Shown here in pieces: positions 14,701-26,700 of a stretch of DNA of 64,000 bases (position 1 is its first letter; each line of letters opens with the position of its first letter). The notes beneath the pieces are model-generated. The model worked only from the letters and a program-made list of their open reading frames with translations. It was not told the DNA's origin and searched no databases. Source of the stretch: Phoronis australis (lineage: Eukaryota > Animalia > Phoronida); NCBI GenBank assembly GCA_002633005.1, contig NMRA01000186.1, positions 413,479 to 477,478 on the forward strand, read 5' to 3'. A program made the position numbers and the translations under genes.

Positions 14701-17700
14701 AATTACTACCTTTAAAATAAATATTAAAAAGTGGCTGTAATTTACTTGACCTTTTATACCCTGCCTGTCTTAATCATGTCATTTTTTCATTGTCGTAAAT
14801 ACTCTCACTGTCTAGAATCATCTCTTAAATTTATTTCATCTGTCTTAGTTAAATTTTTACCATTATTTGTCATTTAGTTATTGTCTTAATTGTCAACCTG
14901 TTTTAATTGTATCTTTGTTATGTATATTTCATTGTTGTTTTATTACTTCATTGTATTATATTACTGTTTTTTGTTGAGGGCCCTCTGGGAAAGCAGTGCT
15001 ATCACTGAAGAGGCCACCCTCATTTTAAATATCACAATAAATAAATAAATAGTAGTAAGGCTCGTGGTCTACAAATTCTACACACAATGATTTTTTTCAC
15101 GACTGGGATATCATTGTTAAATTGAAGACGTTACTGTAGAATTTTAGAACTGTAGGTAAGGCCTTTTTTTGCACGTACACGTTCATGGACTGGGCGCTTA
15201 TTTTAGCAAAGCCTGAAAACCCATGGGGGGCGCTTATAGGGGCATGGGCTGTTATTAGGGCGAATATGGTATGCTTTTTACTGTCATAAAATCACTCGTA
15301 ATATTTCGTACACTAGTAGGATTCTATTTCCGATACCAACTAGAACATCCAACCATCAGCAACTCAAGAAAATGCCTCGCATTGACTGTAGTTCGCCAAA
15401 CCTAACAATTACAATCTGAAAATGCTTGTGACCCGAGTTGGTAACATACATCTGTAAATAAAACCCTATCACGACAAGGAGTATTATGGTAATAATTTTA
15501 TGAGAGTAAACAGCTCAATACTATTTTCATTTTTTCTCTAGTTTAATAGCAGTTTTTGTTGCATGAAATTTAGCGCCTCCAATTCTACTCTCTTTCTATC
15601 ACCTTGACTTTGTCATAACACAAACTTGAAGAAAAAAGCATACAAAGTTGTATATATCTACAACATACTATAGCTAGTGCCAATGCCACCACCAATAAAA
15701 ACATCTAATTAACGAAGTACACAATAACAACTACAATGAAAAACAACGAGAATATTCACCCGGAACCTGCGGTCATAATCACAAAACTTGGCGAGCAGGA
15801 AGCCATAGTACTTGTTAAAATTTGCTTCTTGCATACAGCAGTGCATTATAACGTGGACAATCTCCCGCTCAGATTGGTTCTTCAAACCTAGCCGCAACAG
15901 CTTCTCAAAAGCATCGATGTAATCCTGCAACAAGGAGACAAAACATGTTTCACAAAAAGTTGCCATCAACCCGCATTCTCTCAAGCAAACAAGCTATTCA
16001 TTCATTAAACACATTAAAACTGGTGTACACTAATCTTTACTGAGATGAGAACAGAAAGAATCGAGTGACGGATTGTTACTGCCTGCGAATATGCTCAGTG
16101 GTGCATCAAATGATCAGTCACAACAAGCCCACTTCTTGTGCTTGGTCAAGTAATACAGAAATTGTCTGGTTTTCCATGGCCAGAAATTATCCAATCCAAG
16201 TACACTGCAAGTAGAGGCAAATTTCATAGCTGCAAGTGCTATACATCAAAAACTTTCTTTTTAACAAAGGAAAATTTATGACTGCGTTAAATTTTTTATA
16301 GTATCACTTCGCAATCTTTATTCTGTACCGTTTGTATCCTCGGAACAAAGTTCGACACTCAACAGAACCTTTGTTAAAGTTTGTAAATCCGATGATTAAC
16401 TAACTGGATATCATTATTTATTATCGGAATAGGAAGTCCTCCAACATTGTCATGAAAAATAGCATTTCTTAAGTGAAAAAGTCTGACCCGTTGCCCAATG
16501 AAGTGTTTTTTATGAGTTTTGTATACCCTATGAACGAATGTCTTTGTTAAAATGTCAAGCAATGTTAAATTGGTCAAACGGTTTGCTGTCTTTCCAGTCG
16601 ATAATCTATGCATCTTCAAAATGGTGCCATCCAAGAACATTTTCTGCAATGTCATGAATGCAAAATCACCCGACAAGATATCGTGGAAAACACATCAATT
16701 CGGTACGTAGAGCACGATGTGCTGAAACTGAAAGTCCCTTTTGATTGCATTCGAGAAGCCTGTTTTGAGTGAGCTGCAAAAAAGGTCACGCTGCAAGCTA
16801 CACTTGTTTGCGTGACTTTCCCGTTACCACCTTTCATTTGCCATTCTTTGCAGTATTTCACACCTGCCGTGTCCTTTTGTTTCCACTTGAGAATGAAACA
16901 AGACATGTTTCAAATATCGAAATATCGTTTGTCTTTTAATCATGTCTCTTGTTCAGTTGAATTACCAATAAGCTGTTGAGTGTCAAACTTTGTTCCGAGG
17001 ATACGAAGAGAACAGATTAAAGGAGCATGCCACCCAAAAAACAACCTAATCTGTATCAATAGCGACACGTACGGTTGCTTTACCCGACACCTGACGGAGG
17101 TGTTGAAATTATCCAGTGACGTCATCGGTTTCTCACAGTCTGTTCAGCAGTTCACAACACGGGTTACTGGTGTCAGCTTATCGCTTGAAGTCAACGTTTA
17201 ACACCAATAAATCATCAAAATTCGATGTAAAACCCTTAAAAATACACCGAGTTCTTATAAAAACGTGTTGTTTTATTTCGCTCTTACGGATTTATTGGTA
17301 TTTGGACACACTGTAGCCTACAAAGTTCTACAGGCCAATAAGGTTCGTAGCAGGAGTTTGGGGTCTCTTCGGAGATAATTTTGAAGTATTTTCCGTGAGA
17401 TACAGACAGGAGAACCTAGATCTGTGTTGTTTAGACTTGTGATTTTTTGAGTTCTAAACACAAAGCGCTTGTTATCCTGGCCAGTGGCTCGGAGCCCGAT
17501 CAGGCCCGTCGCGGCCGGCCGGATTGACTCGTTATCCCGACCAGTGGCTCGGAAACTGATCAGACATCACGAACATAAACCAGCCAAAGTTCAGTGGAAA
17601 CTAAACTTCCAGTCAAGAAAATACTAATACAAGTGAGCCAAAGTAACATGCACGTGATTATGTTGGTGAATTAGTCACGAAACTGCAAATCTACTTACTC

Positions 17701-20700
17701 GTCGGGGGTCGCGAATTCAGGTTCCGCTTTGGCCACAGCACCGTCAGGTCAGAAGTTGTACATTGACAATCATTACTCGAGTAATGTAAATGTAAATAAA
17801 GATTCTCCCAACACCTGGCCATGGGATGGAAATCGAGTTGTTTCACAACAGTTTCTGCCAGCAAACACTAAATTAGAATGAGCTCACACGGCCTCGGTGT
17901 CCTGTCAATTAGTTTTATTGCACCTAAAGCCGGTAACGCAGTGATTTATTCATTGCTGGCTTTTCAAATCATTTGCACTCACGAACACTCCAAAGGCATT
18001 ACAAACTGCATCTAATGAGACAGAGTTTGTTTCAGTTTTATATAAATATTGGTTAGGGTGAGAATAATTCATTTTGAAACAGAACGCTCAGTAACAAAAG
18101 CCAACATGGCAACTCGCAATCCCGACTTAGGACGAGCTAGAGCTCATCAGTCCCGACTTCGCAGGTGGATCGTTAAGTTTTACAGGCTATCAATTCGAAC
18201 AGGAATACAGTGATGAAGAAATACTAGAGAGGGGCCATGAACAAGCTCAGACAACGTAACGTATGGAGTTATTTGGTAAGCTGGCATTCGTCAGGCACTG
18301 TCGAAGTCTGCAGGCCACAGACATGGAGATGTTTAACGGCTTCATAGTTGCTATTTACAGCGTAAATTTCATTCTTCACTACCATGAGCCACTTCCTAAG
18401 CATTTCGGACTCTCGAGGAAGTAAAAAAAAAAACGATATACCCGCTTTCCTCTCAGCTGCTTAGTTCGGACAAGTGGGAACAATGCACCGCAACATAGCG
18501 ACATTCACTCTGCATATGAACCACTGACGTCGCTAGCGTCGTCTCTCACCTTCCTCACAGGTTAACACGACACCTCTTGGCAAGGTAAGGTCGACCGTAT
18601 GCGAGGCGATGTGGATATAGACCAATTAAGATGGCAAAAAAGACTAATAAAATCGGGTGGCATTCTCCTTAAAAAGATTGTTAATAATGACAAGTGTAGT
18701 GTATTCAACCAATTTTGCATATCAGAAAACTTGGTCCCAAAGTACAGCAAGTTTCACTGGTTAAGAGCATCACAAAATGCCTCACAACACAACCTAATTC
18801 AAATAAAATACCTTTTAAAATAACCCTCTTCCAGAATTTTGCCAAACCAAAGAAACATTCACAGTTTTTCAATCTCAACATTTCAACTTGTGTACGGTGG
18901 TAAACTTACCTCCGCGGACATAACAATGCAAAAAATGGTCCGTCGCACATCTGTATTCATCCGCTGTTTCCGGGCCAGTTCCAAAATCTCTGCACTGTAC
19001 TTTTCTTGTGACAAATGGTGTGGCTTGGAATCTGGTAACAAATTACAAGGCTTCCGAAACCACTCTCAGCTAGAAATAGTCTAACCGGACCATTAAATGT
19101 TCCACAAATACATTAATAAGTGCATTCTGTAGTCCTGTCAGAAGGGCAATGTTTCTACAGCTTTCAATTATGAAATACACTTTAAACCACAAAAATGGAT
19201 AAGCTAAGTTTTTGTTGAACATCAAGGTTTTATACTTCAGCTAGCTCAAAACATTTCAACTAGCATAAAACATCACCACCCAAAACCCAACTTTTGATTC
19301 AGACCAGTACCGTTTAGAAAATTGATGTCAAATTGTCGCTTAGTCAAAAAAGAAATATCAGCACTTCCAAAGAGCTGACAGTTCGTTATGACTGAGGCTC
19401 CACAAGTTGGCATATTATGGTGAGTCATTTTATGCATCGAATATGATCTTAACGAATAACAAACTGTCATGTTATTAGAAATACCAATCACTTCTCACAA
19501 AGTCAGGAACAATTTGACACCTATTTTATAGTGGTGTCTAAATCAAAAGTTCGCTTCTTGTAAGGAAAACCGTTTTAAAACTGCTTAAAGTGGAACTTGC
19601 AAGCTAATTCATTATCTCTGTGCCTGATTGGTCAAATGAGTTAGAAATGCAACATATAGCAATGATGTGAATAGGAAGTTTTGTGTCGAAAATGATTAGC
19701 CGCAAATCACTCAACCGTGTCCAGTAAGTATCGCGGTGTGTTGGGGAATAACACTGCATGATGCGGGCAATGTGAGAACCCAAGGTATGTCAGTACAAAG
19801 GTCACCTATTTGCAGAATTTTTTGTTTTCACATTTCCAATGAATACAAATGCACATCATTCAGGGATGGAGTTCTAAGGAACTAAAAGCTGTTTTAACAA
19901 CATATTTAAGTGGGTGTTGATGTGGAATGTAACCTGGCTGACATGAGACCATAGGTAGAAACATCGTGGAACAAAATTCAGCCAAATATTTTCGAATCAA
20001 AATATTGCCTTTAATGGTGACAGCAAATGAAGATTACCTATCAAGACTCATTATCAGACTACAGAGTAACATGGAATAATGCTCAGGTTTAGATCTCTTC
20101 AAGAACAAGAGCAACGCAGAGCGTTGAAATGCGCCCACAAATGCACTGTATATGGTATCCTTCTAGGGTTGTTTATTGGTACCATAAAGTGGCCAGTAGA
20201 GGGCATATATGTAGTATGTTGTACTTTGCAAAATGGAAAGGCATGGTCATTGTCTCCTCAATAGGCTAGGTTTCAAAATGTGAGTGATCTTCATAATACA
20301 AGCACATCCTATGCATCAGTTGCTTAAAGCACCACAGAAACATAGAATTAAAAACAAATTTACCAACATACGAGATTAGCACAGCATTAGAATGCCAGAA
20401 ACAAATTTCTACTTGGAACTTTTCCTTCACAGTCACGAAGTAACACAAAGTATACACCTGAAGACCTATGAAAATACAGAGGTCAATGTAAAATACTAAA
20501 ATTGCCACTAGAGGCAAATACTAAAATTGCCACTAGAGGCATACCGGTAATCAGAATCATCCTAAAGTCGTCATCGTCCGTTGTCAACATCACATAAATA
20601 CACTTGCTAAATTTAGTAAAGATCCTGCAAACGGTTTGGGAGATACAGCCATGGGCGCAAAAAAACAAAACTGCCACTAGGAGGCGCCACAGTAGTCCAA

Positions 20701-23700
20701 ATCGTCTGAAAATCATTGTCAGCTGTCTTCCTTATAGTAAGCACATACACGCCAATTTTCACAATCATCCTTTGAGCGGTTTGGTTGATAGAGGGGTGGA
20801 CGCAAAAATACAGACTCGAAAACAGTAAAAATGGCCACTAGGTGGCGCAAACTACGTCGAATCCATCTGAAAACAGTAGGATAGCGTCATCTCACTAATA
20901 GGTGCCTACATACCAAATTTCATGAAAATCCGTTCAATACTTTTGAAGATACAAAGGTAAGCGTAAAAAACTAAAATTGCCACTAGGGGGCACACCGGTA
21001 GTCGGATCCGACCAAAAGTCGTCATCTTCCGTTGTTAACATCATATAAATATACTTACACAATTTGTAAAGATCCTGCGAACGGTTTAGGAGATACAGCC
21101 ATAGGCGCAAAAAAACAAAACTGCCACTAGGAGGCGCCACAGTAGTCGAAATCGTCGGAAAATCATCGTCAACCGTCCTCTACATAGTAAGCATATACAT
21201 GCCAATTTTCACAATCATCCTTTGAGCGGTTTGGTTGATAGAGGGGTGGACGCACAAAAACAGACTCGAAAACACTAAAAATGGCCACTAGGTGGCGCAA
21301 ACTATGTCGAATCCATCTGAAAACGGGAGGATAGCGTCATCTCACTAATAGGTGCCTACATACCAAATTTCATGAAAATCCGTTCAGGACTTTTGAAGAT
21401 ACAAAGGTAAGCGTAAAAAACTAAAATTGCCACTAGGGGGCACACCGGTAGTCGGATCCGACCAAAAGTCGTCATCTTCCGTTGTTAACATCATATAAAT
21501 ATACTTACACAATTTGTAAAGATCCTGCGAACGGTTTAGGAGATACAGCCATAGGCGCAAAAAAACAAAACTGCCACTAGGAGGCGCCACAGTAGTCGAA
21601 ATCGTCGGAAAATCATCGTCAACCGTCCTCTACATAGTAAGCATATACATGCCAATTTTCACAATCATCCTTTGAGCGGTTTGGTTGATAGAGGGGTGGA
21701 CGCACAAAAACAGACTCGAAAACACTAAAAATGGCCACTAGGTGGCGCAAACTATGTCGAATCCATCTGAAAACGGGAGGATAGCGTCATCTCACTAATA
21801 GGTGCCTACATACCAAATTTCATGAAAATCCGTTCAGGACTTTTGAAGATACAAAGGTAAGCGTAAAAAAACTAAAATTGCCACTAGGGGGCACACCGGT
21901 AGTCAAATCCGTCCGAAAGTCGTCATGTTCCGTTGTTAACATCATATAAATATACTTACACAATTTCATAAAAATCCTGCGAACGGTTTAGGAGATGCAG
22001 CCATAGGCGAAAAAAAACCAAAACTGCCACTAGGAGGCGCCACAGTAGTCGAAATCGTCGGAAAATCATCGTCAACCGTCCTCTACATAGTAAGCATATA
22101 CATGCCAATTTTCACAATCATCCTTTGAGCGGTTTGGTTGATAGAGGGGTTGACGCACAAAAACACACTCGAAAACACTAAAAATGGCCACTAGGTGGCG
22201 CAAACTATGTCAAATCCATCTGAAAACAGTAGGACAGCGTCGTCTCACTAATAAGTGCCTACGTACCAAATTTCATGAAAATCCATTCAGGACTTTTGAA
22301 GATACAAAGGTAAGCGTAAAAAAACTAAAATTGCCACTAGGGGGCACACGGTAGTCAGATCCGTCCGAAAGTTCGCACATGCCGTCCCATTCATGAATGG
22401 AACATATGTGCCAAATTTCATGAAAACATGTTAAAGGGTTTTGGAGATAGAGCAGCGGACGCCGGACGCCAGACGCCGGACGGACGCCGCCCGTACGGAC
22501 GGACGGAGATGACGGCATAATGCGTCCACATATAAATATGTGGGCGCATAAAAATCAATTATTCCCAACCTGCACATTAGCCTTAAACAAGCACAGGCTT
22601 CATAACATTACAGGCAGCCATTACCTTCCTTTCCAACTGTGCTCTCTTCTCTTCCTGTCCAAGCTGAACCCACAATCCACCACTTGCCCTTTTCCTCGGC
22701 TTTCACCAAGTCTTCCAGCGACATTCGTAACTGGGCATCTGTACTGCCACCTTAAGAAAAAAATCAACATAATTGTAATACTAAGGTGCAGATAAACCCA
22801 ACATAGACTGGTAGCTCACAATTTACAGTCACGTTTTAGAAATTCGACTCATTTTTAGCATCAATCCTCACATATTTTGAAAACTCAAACATACTCTTTT
22901 CTGGAAACAAGATCTCTGAGATTTGATTACTTGCTCTTCTCAACAGAAATTTGCTCTCCAGAATGCAGCTCAGATTTTATCTAATCAGTCAGTAAACAAA
23001 ATTTGGACAAGAATTGGTACAATTTATTACACTTCACAGTCACAACTAGCGGTTCAGACATTAAGTACTCACCTTTGATGAGGCCCCGCAGCACTTTCTT
23101 GAGGTGGTCTAAGTGAGAAGGGTCATAATTTGGTATCTTCCGCACATTATTATTCCGAATGGCCAAAATAATCTCCAGCATAAAATCTATTCTGGATCTA
23201 CAACAAAAGAACAAGCCTAAATCAAGAACATTATGATTCTACAATTATTTGCATAAGCATGACCCGTGCACAGTAATGATACGAAAAATTGCACCATACG
23301 ATTTCAAATACTAAGTTGATCCCACAATAACATATCACACATTTGACAGTGATCAATGTCAAATTTGGTTGATTAGCCAAGTTATTAAACATTGTAGCAT
23401 GAAATAAAATCTTCGAAGATTTGGAAGCACATCACAAAGAGGGCATTGCAGAGCCTAATTAGCATTAATTTGGTTGGGATTGCAACCCTTTCCAAAATAT
23501 ATCAAAAACTGATGGGCATGAGCTATAATTTGATACTTCTTGTGGCATATTTTCCTGTCCCATTTTTCCAGACGTTGTATACTTTGCACATTTATTGTTG
23601 TACAATACAATAATTTCGATTTGCTTGAATGATACCTTTTTCTCAAATATACTAAATCGCTCATTTTTACTGGATACAAAATCCTTCGTGTCACTGAGAA

Positions 23701-26700
23701 CAAAACTTGTCATGCACATTTTTATATTGAACATAAACTCATTTGCTGTAAAGCTTACATCCCCTGTCATAATCTTACTAACTTGTCTTCCAACTGTGAT
23801 GTATCTAAACTCGATGCTTTCCCTTGAATCGCCACCAAGGTATCCTTTAGCGAAACTGCATCATCTTTACGCAAACTAAATCCAGTATCTGGAAATAAAC
23901 AAAAGTTAGTAATTAATTACTAACTTTGACCGTAGACTATAGAACATGGACTGTCAACTCTGTACATTTTCAACGGACGAAATATGTGATCTTATTCATA
24001 AGCCGTGACGCTATTATTCAAAAGCGACACCTAGCAAAACTAGCAAGTTTTACTTCCGGCAAGTACATCATCTGCTAATTATGATCGGCTGTTGTGTGGT
24101 TGGGTGTTCAGACACACAGGCAAAATGCAAAGGACTAAGTTTCCACAGCACTGAAGTTTGAATTTTGCAATTACATGACCAGTAGCATTATCAAAAATAC
24201 TCACGATACCAACAGTTCCACTAGTGGAAGACTTTGAACAGCATTTCAAAGGCCATATTGTTATTTTTTAATGTACTAGACAGTAAAACAGAAGTGAGAA
24301 TTTCCTGTCACAGTACACGAACTGGAAACTGAAATTGGTAATTTAGAAGGGTGGCGATATTTCGCAAGAAAATGTCGGAGTTGCGAATCTATTGTCTATA
24401 CTTTATGCTTTGATTAACATGTGTATCAACAATAACCTTGCCATACTTAATATTAGGTGAAGCCCTGGTTTATTCGGTGAATGCACCTACCACGTACAGG
24501 CACTATTGACTAAATTCTGATGGACAAGAATTTGTTTCATAAAATAAATGTATTGCTTTTTGAAGTCAACAGCATCAATTGTGGGCAAACATGTTTGTAT
24601 AAGATGTGAATTTTGCTAACTTTGAGACGGAACAAGATTCCCCAAATTACGAAGGCTACGTTAGATATCTTTGGAATCATGAAAGAGATGAATTCATTAG
24701 TTTTGATGGAAGCAATTACTTCGCAACATGAATATGAGGTAAATACAAGTCTAGTAGTGAAAGTTTGTTTGGTGAATATGGAAATGTGGCGTCATCAAAA
24801 ACAAATTAGCAGGAAACAAGAAAAATGTACACAAAATGGTTTGATTCTGAACTAATTAATTAAACTGAAGAAAAACAGCCAGCTAAACGGAAATTTTTGC
24901 ACCCATACTGACAAAACACTAAATGGACATGTTGAAACTAAAAGAGTACAAGAAGTCATGTAGATCTAAGAAGATGCAATGTAGGAACAAAGTGTATGGA
25001 CAGGTAGTGAGTGCACCTTCATTGAATAATTCCAAAACACTCTGGTGGTTGATAAAATGTAAAACAACTGAGTATAACAGATGGTGAGTGGACTGACTGT
25101 TTTTGCTCATTACTAAATTCTAATCATGAGATGATAGAAACTGCATTTGATGAGGCTGAGACTGGGCAGACTGTATTTAAAAACTATAACAGAGACAGGG
25201 CTAAGAATGACCAATGACAAAAAAGAGAACAATTTCCCACATGATGTATCGTTCCACAAATAAACAGGGTCGTGTGATAAGAATATTTTTGTGTTGTAAA
25301 ATTCAAGTGAAATAAATTTAATGTTTTTGCATGAATAAAGTCAAAATAATGATAAAAAAGAGACAAATAAAGAGGAAATCGAAACTAAAAAAGAACAAAT
25401 CCTCGCAAAAGAGGAAAATTCCAATACCTGCAGAGATATGTTTTCATTTAAAAGACTAGAGCTATGTCTGAAGTAAAATGTAGTCGTGAAATCAGAACCT
25501 ACTCTTGAGAACCAATAGAATCATCTCAATGGCCTTTTGAGAGAAAACATCCTTCAGTATTCTCAGCACATCAAAAATGAGTGAACAATGGAAAACCTAC
25601 GAAAGCAATTAAAAACACATATTAACAAATATGAAACGAACATTTAAGTCAAAGGTCAATGATTTAAACTAGTTGGATGAACCAAGCCCAGACTCATGTG
25701 AACCACATTCAGGTAATGTTATCTTAGAAAGAAGTCATTAGTATTTTTCACTGCATGGCTTTGGAGAACCAAAATTTGCAACTTTAACTGAGATGGAGCT
25801 TGTAAAAGACCATTTATTATAAACTCACAGACTACGAGTTCTATCCCAGAACATAGTACAATCACAGTATTTTCCCAAATCAATATAATTTCTGACAAAA
25901 CGAAAAATTCAAACAAACCTGTCCAATACTCGTCAAAATACATGCACATCTCAACAAAATAGTCCAACTTGTGAGCCTATAAAAGGCCATGTGGCATTGT
26001 ACGTTTGAATTGAGATTTCTTTCCTATTTATTCACAACCTAGTAAACATTTAAGGGTCCCAATCAAAAGATATAACAATCCCTCTACCAAGTCACATACC
26101 TTGAAGTTGTATAGAAAGGTTAGGAACATGAGAATGTTGTCTATTTCTTTAGTATCTCCGAGGCAGTCATCTTTGACCATCTTGTCCAATCTCACTGCCA
26201 ATCTTTGAATAATATGGGCACCTGAAGAAAACATAGAACCAGTCAGAGAAGATTGATGGCATAACTGAATTAAAGCTAAGAAATGAAGCATGAACACCAA
26301 GTAAGTTGCTTTCCATACAGTTTTTTAAAACTTTTAAAAAAGAATAATAAGTTTTAAAAGGCTTAAAGCTACACAGACACACTTGCGACAAACAAGCTTC
26401 TGATTTCCACCAATGCAAGTACAAAAAATATGGTCCACGACATAATCTCCAAACTCAGACTCAACTCACAGTCAAAATTTATCCAAACAACATGCTCCAT
26501 GATTCCAGTACACACTCGTATGTCTAGTAAAGTTTCAAATACAAAACATAAACAATAAGTTGAACTACCAGACCTAAGCTAACCTAGAAATCACTTCTCA
26601 TCAAAAAGAAGAACAAGACTGAGATTGGTTTCAATGCAGTAAATGGCGTAAATCAAAAGTTCAGTTCTTGAATTGAACACTGTTTGCAGCCACTTCAAGT

